A stretch of DNA of 63,478 bases, filler included, from Salisapilia sapeloensis CBS 127946 (GCA_023334545.1; 10 parts of 10 records of this genome joined end to end with filler, not necessarily neighbours in it), one strand, 5' to 3'; shown: positions 1-12,616, numbered from the whole stretch's first letter. Translations and numbers: made by a program. Notes: generated by a model not told the origin, from the sequence alone.

Positions 1-360
1 GTGCACATTTGAAAAAGCGCGCGAAAGACTCGGTGACCTCTTCGCTTTACTTGCAACAGTGAGCTCTTCGCTATTATTTCGGAACAGGGAACGTACCGTG
101 GTGAACGAAATAATTGGGCAATATTTGCGACTCGCACTGTACTCTGTCCCAGTAAAATGGCGAAGAGCTCACTGTTGCAAGTAAATCGAATGCAACTTCA
201 ACCTAAATGACTTCGACGACCCACCACGATACACTCGACACTAGTACCGCCAAAGCATGGCAGAGGAATGGATGATATATGTGGATAGTGACGTAAGATT
301 AGGATGACTCGCTATAGACTTAGACATTGACTGTTATCATACTTTTGCGTGTTTGTTTTC
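1..360. repeat. Left arm of an inverted repeat bracketing contig A
   Basis: 1-217 is the reverse complement of about 21218-21434 with one mismatch (pos 142 vs 21293). Weaker, gapped similarity continues to about 360 / 21059. Confidence 0.95.
46..185. mobile_element. MITE-like fold-back unit with perfect 26-bp terminal inverted repeats
   Basis: TTTACTTGCAACAGTGAGCTCTTCGC (46-71) pairs with GCGAAGAGCTCACTGTTGCAAGTAAA (160-185) around an 88-nt non-coding spacer. A second copy lies at 21250-21389. The MITE label is inference; no target-site duplication was established. Confidence 0.55.
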
Positions 361-3300
361 ACATCGCCTCAAGTGTATTATTTAATCTCTGACTATACGC
401 TCAACGAACATAGTCTTAGCTCTTTGTGCTGGCTAGATTTTAAGGATGATACCAGATTCGGCCATACCAATTCTGGGCGCTGCAAGTGAAAAACTTGACT
501 GGAGATAGAGATTTATGTGCAGTGGTGCTATAAACATGTACATGCATACGCTGCAGTGTTTGTGTTTTCATGGCAAACTTTGATAATCGATTTGTCTGAT
601 AATGCGGTAGTTAAGATCGCTGTGTCGGACACGTACTTCATTTTCTTGAATGCATTGTATGATACGCAGGAAGCTATCAATGCACTATTAAATCCCGGAG
701 AGTGACTGTAAAGAGCGAGGATATGAAGCCAGTGAGAGTGGAGCAGTTAGAAAGCGTGTCAGATGTGCTTCTTGAAAGTACCCAGAACTAAAGATATCAT
801 CCTCTACACTGAACAAGAAGCTTTGGGCGCTTCTGTAAACAAAGTATGTTATTGCTGTCAAAACCGTAAAACTTAAATGCCGATACAGCTATTCCTCATC
901 GCACCATCAATGGGCAGTATTCCTTTATGCGAACGCTATCTGATGTCATCTACTTTGCATCTTAGCAAGGAATTGGTATCAACTAATTCAATACTTCCAG
1001 CGTGTTTAAAGCATGCCTAGCAATCTTCAAACACGTTCCTCTTAGCACTGCAACCATCAGAAACCGTACGGCATTTTGCAAATCGTACTTGTCGACAAGT
1101 GTATCTGAGACACAATGCGGTTTAATCCACTCAGCTTTTCCACATTCATAATACGATAGGACACGTTTCAGCAAAAGCTAAATTTTAAAACTAGGGAGCA
1201 GTCATATTTGACTCTGATTTTGTGCTTTTCATCCGCGACTTGAGATCTGACACTTTGACAAATTACTATCGTTGTCAGATGAGTCTCAACAAATTACCAA
1301 TGATAATGTTGATCTCGGCAGACTTGCTAGATATGCAATTGCCTTTGTGTGAATTTTTATGAAAACGAACAGCGCAGGAAGTGTCTTTTGCTTAAAATTG
1401 ATGAGTTTGATCTAAGTCGCCGCTCGGAAACCGGGGTATCAGATGGCTACATACTGTTTAATCAAATTGAAGTTGCAACTTCAACATGTATTCATCCTCG
1501 ATCTACTAGAAACTCGCCACAATTATTTGCTCTTGGTATGCGCGTCGGTGTTGCAGCATCCTTCATGTGTTTTAATCGAACGTCTACATAATCCTAGTTA
1601 GTTCTTCTGCATTTTTACCATAGCTTTCCCAACTCTTTGTACATGGCATATTTACCCGTTTCGTCTGAATATTTTTACCTTTCGTTAAACGCATGTGAAA
1701 TCCAAATGCAATATTCTGCATTTATGCTATTGCCTAAGAAGTCAGCACATCTTCCTCGCCCTAGCGGGCTCTACCCAGCAAAACTCCTTGATCGAGAATC
1801 ACGACCCAAATTTATAGCCTTAAGACACGAGATCGAGCCTGATGTCCTCCGGAGTTGGTGGCAATGCGCATTCAAAACTCAGATGAATCAGTCAGTTCCA
1901 CTCTCCGATTGACTCGGTGCAATCTAGACATGCGGTAGGTGGGAAATTTATAGACGATGCGAAAGAAAATAGACAGGGACTCAAGGGATTAAATTTGATG
2001 AGTTACAATGGATAGAGGATATGAGTTTTGCTTTTCTTGGCTGCTTTCTGCAACAAACTACATAGCAATAGTGAAGGATTAGCTGAGGGCATACCCTGAG
2101 ACTTAGCGACACTCATCTACGCCACAGTTGCATTTGCATATTTCCTTGGGTTTGATGATGATATCGGGTGAAGGTACTCGATTGCAAGAAAATTTCTAGC
2201 GTGAGGAGAGAATGGATGCTGCACGCCTGCTGGATGCGTGCTTGTTGCAAAACGCTTTTTATCAGATCTATTTTCAACTGACATCTAACGAATGCTATCG
2301 ATTCAAAGCTAGAGAACGGGCAAGCAGACAAACAGACATCTCGCTCTTTGCTTTTAAATTTCTCGCCCGACTAGCGTCTTCTGCTACAAAAGAATATGTT
2401 GGAAGAAGAGAACCAGACTCTTGGTCATCTATGTAAACGGGTATAGCACGTAGTAAGCTTGGTCATCCAGGTAGACCAATCCATCGTGTTGACTAGAGAA
2501 TGATATCTACCATGGAATTGCACCTCGAAATGCATGCTCTATATGCACTGGGATCAACGAAAGTCTTTCATGACAATCCTTTCTTTATTGTCACTTGTGC
2601 TTCACGTATCACATCTACGCATGTGCTAGAAGTGCTATCACGCATGATCATGGTGCACATTCGAATTTTGCAGTCACTTTAAATGGAGGCCTGAAAGCTA
2701 CGAACACAGGCAACCACGTGTCTAGTGTATTTCCGGATAGTGGAGACGAGGCCCCTTTTCTATGATGTCCTTTAATAACACCAACGCTTACAATGACATC
2801 GTACAAGGTCAAATCGTGACTCCCTCCGTCCACACAATATAAAGATAGCTGCTTTTATTTGAATCGGAAACAAAGTCGACTCAAGACTAGCCGCCTCTAC
2901 GACAATACATCTTCATCATCGAGCTGAATTTGACCTTGTCCATTTGGCGAATATCTCGTCTATGTACCCATTCAGCCTAACATAAGAGTCAGACAGGTCG
3001 AGTAGCCGTGTGGATACACAAGTCCCACAGCAGGTCGTCAATCGCCACCTTAGTCACGACAAAGGTCACTTCTTTCCGCATTTACATGGTCGTGTGAAGA
3101 AAAGATTTGCGAGCACATCTATTCAAGTCGCATGCCTGTCGAGTAAACGAGAATGAGAGGCGCGAAATACTGACCTGTTGTCACAGGGCTGCTACAAGTG
3201 ATCACATACGTGACTACCTATTAGTCAGCTGAAAACGTCGATTCGAGTAGAGGCTACACAGGTACCGCATACATTTTCATTTATCATGGTCTACCGCATA

Positions 3301-3734
3301 CGACACGATAGTTGATCTGATCATATGCGATCTTTCCTACTAATCCTATCGGTTTCATTCTACTGGTCCAACTGCATCTAGAGCAGCATATACGCTCTGC
3401 CCAGGATTTTCATGCAAAGTAAGAGTAATTTGTATCTGATCCCGATCGTTCCCGCGTCTGCTTTGTGGCTCAGATTTATTAGGTGTACGCACGTTCTATA
3501 GCTACCATTGTCTTGTACGTCTACAGCATGCACGCATGCTTCTATAATATGTCTCCGTACTTGTGTTTTTCAGGTCCGTATTTACGTGCACGTGCAATTA
3601 CACTGCTTGCTCAGAGCACTAGTACTACCATGAGGCTCCACGTCAGATCAGCCGACAGCACTCGTCCTGTCACGTGTTACAACCATCACAAACAATTTTC
3701 TCCTTGCTGCTATCATTTTGTATTTTGTCTCGTC

Positions 3735-4496
3735 ATGGCTAAACTGTGGGCGAACGTCTTGGACTTGATCACCTTTGCATGGGTACGACGATGCCAAAAG
3801 TGTGGCATGCGAGGCACCAAGTGCATATGCACCGATACAGACCAAATGCTAAACCGCATTTTGTACTCGGAAGAGCGCAATAATCGCCTCCGAGCACGAA
3901 ATTTCCATCATGTCCAGAGGAGACACTCCGCTCTCGATTCTCCAAATAGCGATTCTAACTCCTCGAACGAGTGGGCACAAGCTCGACCTATTCACGGCGC
4001 GCGACGAGCTCGACCATTACCAAGAACAAAGAGCATGAACGAGCCCAATCTTCAGACTACTCGACGTGTAAATCGACTAAGAGAGCGCGTTGCAAGTGAA
4101 CAAGATCTGGATAGCGTCAGTTTCAAGTTCAAAGGACGTAGTGGGGTGACTTTGAAGAGCGTATCGAGTCAAGTACCACCAATGGATGAAGAAGTTGGCA
4201 GCGTCCAATATCGTCGCAAGAATAGCCCACAGAAATCTTATCAGAAGCACATGAGCCGTTCTGTCGGATCGCTACGCACGTCGGAGCGCATGAGTATCGA
4301 GAATAACATTATATCGCATAAGGATGGAAGGCCGCAGCCAAAGTGCTCTCCCTGTCGCAGCAGCACAGCGACACTTGTCGACGATGAAGAAGCACTTAAA
4401 CGCCTGAATGGCTGGTTTGCTGCTAGCCCAACATCTACGATCAGAGACAGTGATCGATATCTCTTAGATCCTTCTATGAGACATGTTGATGTATAA
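3735..4496 (+). CDS. Hypothetical protein (about 253 aa) with an N-terminal CxxC-x6-CxC motif and an S/R-rich disordered body
   Basis: Intronless open frame. The ATG at 3735 (MAKLWANV) is preferred over the GTG at 3483. Motif RRCQKCGMRGTKCIC. No family recognised. Confidence 0.6.
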   Translation: MAKLWANVLDLITFAWVRRCQKCGMRGTKCICTDTDQMLNRILYSEERNNRLRARNFHHVQRRHSALDSPNSDSNSSNEWAQARPIHGARRARPLPRTKSMNEPNLQTTRRVNRLRERVASEQDLDSVSFKFKGRSGVTLKSVSSQVPPMDEEVGSVQYRRKNSPQKSYQKHMSRSVGSLRTSERMSIENNIISHKDGRPQPKCSPCRSSTATLVDDEEALKRLNGWFAASPTSTIRDSDRYLLDPSMRHVDV

Positions 4497-6133
4497 GCAC
4501 AAGAGTGCCATTTCCAACGCCTTCACTTTTCAGAGTAATATGTATGTATGAACGGATGAAAGTTTATATCGAACAGTGCGATTCTCTATTCTTTCTTCAG
4601 TGACAATGTATTGATAGTCCCTTGTGGAGTTTCCACAGACAATAATATTCCATCTATATCAAACGAATCGACTGGTAATTACCAGTCAAAGCCTCTTTCT
4701 GCGTGAGCTGTAAAGAGTACCAGTCATCAACACCTTTACTATATCGAACGCCATCCAGCTCTACTTGATCTTCTGAGATCAGACTGGATAGATACGCGTT
4801 CCCGTGTCCTTATTAAGTAACAATTGACACGTAACTACTTGCTACAGATCTGTTTTGCCCAGATACCCTCGCTCGCGGCTACCATACATCTTTTCCGGTA
4901 TACTTGGTATACTGTAATGAGTATATACATAGACTGGAAGTGTGTGCATTGCTGTAGTATCTGTATGAAGGCGATAAGAGGTCCTCGACTTTGTTTTGCT
5001 TCCGTGACTGCCATTCGTATCACATCCGCATAGAGTTAGTATTTGTCGCGATCGTAGAGACAATATGATTCGACTTTCCCGGCGTGGCTGACTCCCTGTG
5101 CAGAGAGATTATTAGTTTCAATATTTGCTTGGCACATGTCAAAGCCCTTGCTCTATGGATGAGAAATACAACAATTTCATTCATCATCTGCAGCTATGAT
5201 TTATAATCCAAATTAGTATCATTTTATTCAAGGGCATACTTGTTCGTTACTGCATGAGTACTGATATATGTCTGAGTGTTGTCCGTAGCATAAACAAATA
5301 ATGCAGATCCACTGAATATAATTGTTAGTGGCATGTATGGATAGTGACCTGCTCTTCATTTTGTTTTCTACTATTTTCCTCTTAGCATTTGCCCGGGTTC
5401 GCACTCAAGACGAAGCAGACGCCACAGACGCCACAGAGGTCCAAGCCTCGCACAGATCGGTTTTACTCTGGGTTAAGCCTATCTATTTTCATGCCAAGTT
5501 TTACAAGCTTACATGATATATGAACTTGTGCTCTTGTCGACATAGAAACTTTTCAATCTCCTGCAAGTTTTACCGTCAACTATTCAAAGGTCCTCCAATA
5601 ACTCATTCCACGAGGACGTACAAGCATAGCGATTTGAGTCACTTCTACTGTCGTTGCGATCTATCTCTTCTTCGTTACACTTGACAAGGCAAGCGATGCT
5701 TGTCAATTACTTCAAATGAATCAATGTAGATACCTCACATGTCTTTCGTGTGCGTATCATAAGAAGATCAATGCAAAATTAGAAATATACGCGATCGTTT
5801 TCTAATTAACGGTCTTGTTAGTAGAGCTATCAACTCAGTATATCCTGCATATCCACAACTGCTTGCAATGCTTCCACGTCTTCATGTACCACCACTGAAC
5901 CACCTTACAGATACTCCATCATCGGAATCCTACGAACAAGAAACCCCACGCCAACTCTTCTACATCTACTTGCATATAAACCTTCCTTCTCTAGACACAC
6001 CACTCGTACCCGTTCACCTCATGCTCCTCTTCCTACCGACACCATACATAAATCAAGAGTATTGATCATCATGTGGTCCACACAACCTCCAACAAGCACC
6101 AAAGAACGCAAAACCAATCAAGAACCACGAGTG

Positions 6134-7291
6134 ATGGAGTCCACGGGGTCTTCCGCCGCCGGCGAAAGCGTCGCGCAGCAGGTGCAACAAGCATCTCAGC
6201 AGTACATCTTATGCCGACGCAACATGTCAGAACAGTCTGAACAACTCAAGGCGTTGAACACGCAGCTGCAGGAGATCTCAGACGAGATCGAGTTCCAGGC
6301 AGATCAGCCGGACGGTGGCAAGAGTGTTGGTAAATTGGAGCTCACGATCTCCGAAGTGGCGGGCGAGTCGCCTGCGGAAGGCACTGTCATCCACGTTGCC
6401 TTGGACTCGGAGGACGCAGATACGTCCACGGAGCACGTAAAATCCGTGGCGTGGAACGCAGCCGAGCAGCTCCCAAAGACATTTGTCTTCGACTCCGTCC
6501 CTTCTGCCGATGCTTCTGTGTCCATCACAGTGTTCACGGCCGGTGAAGAAGGTAGCAAATCTCTACGCGAAATTGAGCTTCCCATCTCGTCCTTGATCGA
6601 ATCCGAGACGCTCGACGTCTGGTACAATGTCCAGGACGAATCGAACACGACGACGGAGGTCACGACTGTCGTGGAAGAAGAGGACGTGCCGGATAACACG
6701 ACTACCGAGTCGAAAACAGTTACAGAGACCGTGGAAGAGACGGAGGATGGCGAGACCAAGACCATCACGGAAGTTGTCGAGACGACGGTGGAAGAAGGAG
6801 AGAGCAAAGAGGAGGAGCTCGTGGCGGTGGAAGCCGACAAGGAGATCACTGGCAGCCAGTTCCACGTGACGGCTACCTTTGAAGTCTCCGAGTCCGAGAA
6901 GCTCCGCCAGGAATCTGCTCGATTGACCAAGCTCAAGGCCGAGAGCGAAGCCAGCTTGGCGAAATTGGAGCAGGAGGCGTCCGAGCTGCGTGCCCAGTAT
7001 GAGCGTTTGACTGCGACTCAGCAGACGGCTTCCAGCGCGCCCACGGCTACCAGCGCGCCCACGCGCAGCGCCCCGTCCGTCGCGAAGACGAGGTCGACGA
7101 TGCTGACAGGTCGCAACGGTCCTATCCCAGGCCAGCGCTCTACTCCAGCCGCGCCTCCGAGTCTGTACTCGCGCGTGAAGACGGCGTCCGTTGGCTTTTT
7201 CCAGACGAACCAGCAGGTGCTTACGAGCGTAGCGTTCTTTGTGGTCGGCACGTACGTGTTCCACAACCACGGCGACAACTTGCTCGCGTAA
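6134..7291 (+). CDS. Coiled-coil / C2-like / acidic linker / coiled-coil protein with a C-terminal hydrophobic anchor
   Basis: GC3-biased open frame. Beta-rich C2-like segment GKLELTISEV...ELPISSL...LDVWYNV, an E/T-rich linker, heptad segments, and terminal VLTSVAFFVVGTYVF. Confidence 0.75.
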   Translation: MESTGSSAAGESVAQQVQQASQQYILCRRNMSEQSEQLKALNTQLQEISDEIEFQADQPDGGKSVGKLELTISEVAGESPAEGTVIHVALDSEDADTSTEHVKSVAWNAAEQLPKTFVFDSVPSADASVSITVFTAGEEGSKSLREIELPISSLIESETLDVWYNVQDESNTTTEVTTVVEEEDVPDNTTTESKTVTETVEETEDGETKTITEVVETTVEEGESKEEELVAVEADKEITGSQFHVTATFEVSESEKLRQESARLTKLKAESEASLAKLEQEASELRAQYERLTATQQTASSAPTATSAPTRSAPSVAKTRSTMLTGRNGPIPGQRSTPAAPPSLYSRVKTASVGFFQTNQQVLTSVAFFVVGTYVFHNHGDNLLA

Positions 7292-7404
7292 GATGTAGCG
7301 AGTTTCTTTTCAATTTCTTTCGACTTGTGGCAAGCTTGCTGTTTTATTAGAGGCAAGCAAAGGTGGAAGAGAGAAAATAAAGACGAGAAAATGACAGACG
7401 AGTG

Positions 7405-9209
7405 TTATTGGTATGAACTGTAGGTGACGTAGTCGACAAGCATTCTGTGTACAGGACGTTAGGTAGAAGATGAGAGGCGAGGAGGTACAATTACCTGACA
7501 GCCGAGTGGGCGACGTTGCAGTGGCGAATGTCGTTCCAAGTGATGTGGTGTGGGTCTCGTGGAGCTATGGCATCTACGATTTGATTCTACCACGATATGA
7601 GATACATCCAGACATAGAAGAATGCTGTATGGAGACATACACGTAGGCGGTCGAGTGTGAGGGAGTCATCTCGCTCGTGAAGACGGATCTTGTCTAAGAG
7701 CTCTCGGAGGAAGTAATTGAGCGTAAATGTATCGAGGAAGCCTTGCTTGTGGATATCCAGTACTCTCCAGAAGAACTAGAATAGGAGCAAGTAATGTGCT
7801 TTAGATACAAACGCACCATGTATCTAGTTCATGATGCTCTTACTCGTAGAGATGTCATGGACGTCATATCCGACATGACAAGTGTAAAGTCGATGTAGGT
7901 TTCGTATGTCATTTCGTGCCTGCCTTTCGAGACACTGATTTCATTCAGCACTTGGTGGATGAAGACGGATGTGAGGTCATGAATAGGCCGTAGTTCGACA
8001 GGATTGAAAGCTCGCGTTTGACCATAAAGCTTGAGTTCTTCTGGACTGATACTACCATTCTTATCTCGATCGAGCTGGATGAATTGTCGATGAATATTGC
8101 GGATGTGGGATGGATGGAATCTATTGTTCTCGTTGTTGTACATATCAGCTAAATCGCGATGCATGAGTTGCATAAAGTCCTGGAAGGCAGTGCACTCGAG
8201 GATCGAGTCGACTGGAAGACGACCTCTGTCAGGTTTCACATCCTGTCGGAGCAGCAGAATGCGAGAGCAGATCAGATCATAGTACTCTCGAAATGCTGTC
8301 TACTCGACAGCTTTTATCAATGGATTATGTAGATATGCTGAAACAATGATTTACATCGACGTTTAGATGCGCGTCGGACGCTTCGACAATGGTAACTTGG
8401 ATTGCTTGTTCATACTGACGATACGAAACGTACTCCCCTCCTCCACTACTTAGACGTGTGCTATATACAATACGCAAGAGCTGTCATTTGATCGACATGA
8501 AAGTGATGGGGCATGCATGATCCTACCTTGCATAGTAAAGCAATACAAAAGACTTGTGGAGACGATGAATGTATTCCAGTAGATTGAATCCGTTGATGAT
8601 GTTTTCGTCATTTCGAGGAAACTGTAGCATGTAGCTGTAGACGAATGCAACTCGCGGAATAGATACATGCATAGTGGTACCATTATGAAGCTTTCGATGG
8701 GCAGCATTGTATTCAATTTGGCTTCTCGGTCATCCATATAAAACATGCGAATGGAGAGAAAATCAGCGTGGGATAGTGGTAGTATAAGGCCGTTCTGCTG
8801 CAATTGATCGACAGTCCGTATGCCAGTCTTTTGTATCAATCGACGTGCTGCACTACTGCTTGCCATTGGATCGGCCTCTGACAAGCATATAGAGGGTTAC
8901 TACTCGAGCTGTCATAAAGCTACTACGAGGTTCCATACTCGTGTACAAGCATATATGTTCAATCCAGTCATCGAAGTCTTCTCGAGACAACAAGACTCGC
9001 TCAATACGCCGCTGCAATCGATTCAAACGGACCTTGTGCTGCAGCTCCAGTGCCTCATCTTGCTTTCTCTACACACCCAACTACTAAAATATCCACACAA
9101 AATATCCATTACACTAACTAGTTACTGGTGAAAACAATCGAGGGATCGTCGGTGCGCCATCCGCGACAGACTCGACGCGCAAGTCGTGTCGTCTCCACTG
9201 CGCAGCCAT
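7405..9209 (-). CDS. PPP2R3C: Protein phosphatase 2A regulatory subunit B'' gamma-like (EF-hand), multi-exon
   Basis: Manually spliced: MAAQW...IPRLF, FIQLDRDKNGSISPEEL, MTYETYIDF...LR|FFWRVLDIHKQGFLDTFTLNYF, then to TAA at 7405-7407. Introns 7445-7494, 7587-7640 and 7776-7843 are resolved; the 5' exons are only partly resolved. Confidence 0.8.
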
Positions 9210-9334
9210 GTCGTGTGCGATCGCTTCCGACCTTTTAAGCTTTTCTCCGTCTCATTGGCAAAAAATCCACATACAACGAATGATTGGCTAAAATACCCTC
9301 CGCTGCACGAAGAAGCTCGAGATCAAGAATCACG
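9210..9334. promoter_or_regulatory. Putative bidirectional promoter between PPP2R3C-like and USP genes
   Basis: 125 nt between divergent ATGs (9209 minus, 9335 plus), containing two ATTGG (CCAAT) boxes near 9255 and 9283. Confidence 0.6.
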
Positions 9335-11006
9335 ATGGCGGAGGCGAGTGCGAGTACCAGCGTCCATGGCGCAAGCAAGCCAGTGCGAAAGACTGTGCCT
9401 GGACTAACCAACCTCGGCAATACGTGCTTCTTCAACGCCATTCTCCAGGCACTCGCAGGCACTGAGCTCTTCTCGGACTATCTCTCGGACGTTCAGCAGC
9501 TCTCACGCGCTAAACGCGGACCAAACGTCGCCTTTACACACGCACTACAGAATTGTCTGACAGGTATATTCTCCACCTTATCAGTTCTACGACTTGTATC
9601 TAATCAAGTATGTATAATTAGCACTATCTCCTGTCCCGGAGCACTACCGAGGTCGATGCTTTCGTCCGTCCGATTTAAATAGTGAACTCCGGCGTCGAAT
9701 CTCTTCGTTCAAAGGCAGCAAGCAACAAGATGCACAAGAGCTACTTCAATTCACACTGAATATCGTCTCCGACGAACAAGAAGCTTGTCGTTTACAAGAT
9801 CTCGGTTTGCGCGACTTGATCGAATACGATGGCCTCGAGTTCGCCAAGAGCTTTCCAGATTTCTTTTCCAAATTAGCCTACTCGATGCTACCTACGTCAC
9901 TCCCGTCTGACTTGTTCCCACTACCTCATCACCTCGTGTCTTCCACGTCGTCTATGACAACGTCCGTGACGAGCTCCATGGCGGATAGCATCAGCCCGTC
10001 GTCTTCCAGCATCTACGACGAGTTCGTACTTGATGAACCATCGGCACAGAACCCCATGCGAGGGCTGCAAGTCAATCTTTTACGCTGCACGCGTTGCCTC
10101 GGCTTGCGCCCAGTTCATCTCGAACGCTTCTTTGACGTCACGCTGTCGTTTCGGGACGCAGCGGCAAAGAAAGTGACGCTTGCGGAGCTCTTACGAGCAT
10201 ATACAGGGTCGGAGATGGTGCAAGACGTCGAGTGCAGCTTCTGTAGCGTCCGACAGGAGCTCCACTTGACTCGCTCGCACTATAACGAGGACGAGCGACA
10301 GCTCGAGGCGTGGCGTGGGAAGCAGCAGAGCGTCGCGACAGAAGTCCCGATGGCATCTGACACTGGCATCGAGTTCGCGCAGTACAGACGTCTCGACTGG
10401 ATCGAAGAGCTGAAGCAGATGCTCGATTCAGGCTTTGCCGCACATTTGGATCCGAGAGATCGAGGTATCCCAGTCGCCCGAACGGCGTGTCAGATGCAGA
10501 CGCAATTCGCACGTAGTCCAGACGTCCTTTGCTTTCATTTCAACCGCAAGGTCTTAAGTAACTATAGTAGTACGTTCCGTAAGGTCGATACGCTCGTCCA
10601 GTTCCCACTGGAGCTCGACATGAGTCCATACTGTGGCTTTGCCGTCGGAGATGACGAAGCCGAACGGACGGACAGTGGGTTTGTAGAACAACTAGGCGCA
10701 CGAGATCGGGCGGAACGACGTGGTCGTGTGTTCGCGTCCAGGATGCCCAAGTTGCATTTACAATACGTGCTCAAGTCGGTCGTGATGCACCATGGGACAG
10801 CCGGAGGTGGCCACTTTACGGCGTATCGACGGACGATCGAGAGTGACCAGTGGTTCCATGTCTCGGATAGCAAAGTCCGGGAAGCTAGCCTAAGTGAGGT
10901 CTTATCCAGTTGTGCATACATGTTGTTCTACGAGCGGAAGCATCGTCCAAGTGGATGTATCGAGTCGGAGGAGGAGCTCGATGTATATGGGAAAGAGCAA
11001 CGATGA
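9335..11006 (+). CDS. Ubiquitin-specific protease (peptidase C19), USP30-like
   Basis: Cys box GLTNLGNTCFFNAILQAL, QQDAQE after splicing intron 9564-9621, His box HHGTAGGGHF...WFHVSDSKV...AYMLFY. Confidence 0.92.
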
Positions 11007-11062
11007 GAAATTATGTTTGCAGCCGCTAGAGAAGCATTGACGACTGTGTTGAAAGAAATCCA

Positions 11063-12616
11063 TTAGGCGAGTCCATACTCTTGCTTACACCTTTTCACGA
11101 CGCCAATGAGAAACCCGCTCCGATTCCGAACGCTATTCAAATTTGCGTGCGTGAAACGACGAAGGACTTCGTTGGCCAGGTCTTCCGTCAATTGACCTAG
11201 AACGTCATATACTTTATCCCCAAACTCATGCACACTTTCAAGTATACCATTCGCAGCCATGGCATGCAAATGTGTCTGTACGGACACTGGGAGCTGGAGC
11301 ATGGATGGTGGACCTGTCCCGAGAGGGACTGGACCGTGCATTGCTAAGCCTGGATTCATCGACTCGGACGTTTGCTGCGGTCTAGACACTCGTCGATCGT
11401 CCACTGGATGCATCTTGTAGTGTTGTTGTTGTGTGCTTCCTTCATCTGAAATCATCTTTTCATTCACTCGATTGATAATCCCGACAAAGAAGCCTTGGAC
11501 GTTGCCAATGTCTGCTAAGTTCGCCTCGGCAAAGTTGTACACGGCTTCCGTTGCCACTCGTTCTGGTAGATGTAGAAGTCGCGATAGGACATTATCATTG
11601 ATTGACTCTTGCAATCGACCGTCTCGATAGAGTGCATCGAGGACAGATCGAACGCTTGGAGGTAGTCGAGAGTAAATGTCACTTTTGCTATCGGATGTAG
11701 AGACAGCAGTCGCGTCGGCCTTATGTCTATTGCGACGAGGGTCGCGACTGCTGGACTCGGAGCTATGAGACGACATGGATGAACCAGTCAGGTCATTGGA
11801 TCGACGACGATCAGGGTAGGACGATCGAGTGCGACGACCGTGAGGGGCAGAAGGGTATTTGTACGGAAGCGAGAGGCTAGTGCTGCCGCTGGAGGGGAAG
11901 GGAGGCGCGTAGCCGAAGGTGCAGAAGCCTGGGTCGCTGGCAAAGGCGCCCATATAAGAAGAGACAGGAGCGAGAGTAGACACCCACGGGTTGTCATGAA
12001 GATAATCTTGATAAACACGCATGAAATGGCTGTTCTTATCTTGTATAGCGTCCATGTCGTGCCGCATAAAGTTGCCGATGACTGCGAGTTGTGCGAATTC
12101 CGGTAGATGACCGACGGACGTAAGGGTTGATCGACTCACTTGCGCCAGGTCGAACTTGTGGGTCGACGCAAAGTCCTGCAGACGATCCCACGCCGAGAGC
12201 GCGAGACCTTTGCGGTTTCCGTCCTTGTCTTCATACATTGCGTCATGATGTTCCTGCCGCCGATATAAATGTTCATAGCTGGAGCTATGGCTGCTCGAAT
12301 CATCTAGCGCAGGTGTGCTAGTAGACTGCGTGCGCTGCTTCTTATCGACGTTGTGTGCATCCTCGACGCGTCGTTTTAGCTCAGACGTGCCTCGTGCAGG
12401 AAACGAACCACTCGGGTCCGCCGGGTCGTACTCATCGACGTTATGTTTTACTCTTACTTGACTAGTTGCTTTCGTGCCTACCGACTGCGTCTGATCATCT
12501 CGTATGTGCGTGGGAGTGGACGACTGTGACTCCGTATGGCCCAAAGACGACGAACCACCCGTCGTGGACACTTCACGACTACTAGTACTACTCGTATTCA
12601 TGTCCGTCGTATCCAT
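11063..12616 (-). CDS. Protein with three hnRNP Q acidic/NURR-like helical repeats and no RRM
   Basis: 517-aa open frame with three related segments ending ...IQDKNSHFMRV, ...IGNVQGFFVGII and ...VRNRSGFLIGVV, separated by S/P-rich disorder. Family call is by motif recognition. Confidence 0.7.
   Translation of the reverse strand: MDTTDMNTSSTSSREVSTTGGSSSLGHTESQSSTPTHIRDDQTQSVGTKATSQVRVKHNVDEYDPADPSGSFPARGTSELKRRVEDAHNVDKKQRTQSTSTPALDDSSSHSSSYEHLYRRQEHHDAMYEDKDGNRKGLALSAWDRLQDFASTHKFDLAQVSRSTLTSVGHLPEFAQLAVIGNFMRHDMDAIQDKNSHFMRVYQDYLHDNPWVSTLAPVSSYMGAFASDPGFCTFGYAPPFPSSGSTSLSLPYKYPSAPHGRRTRSSYPDRRRSNDLTGSSMSSHSSESSSRDPRRNRHKADATAVSTSDSKSDIYSRLPPSVRSVLDALYRDGRLQESINDNVLSRLLHLPERVATEAVYNFAEANLADIGNVQGFFVGIINRVNEKMISDEGSTQQQHYKMHPVDDRRVSRPQQTSESMNPGLAMHGPVPLGTGPPSMLQLPVSVQTHLHAMAANGILESVHEFGDKVYDVLGQLTEDLANEVLRRFTHANLNSVRNRSGFLIGVVKRCKQEYGLA

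Noticed and set aside
4824-5033. CVHCCSICMKAIRGPRLC as a ZZ-type zinc finger
   Set aside because: The frame is short and isolated, the Cys spacing is incomplete and no flanking gene structure was found.
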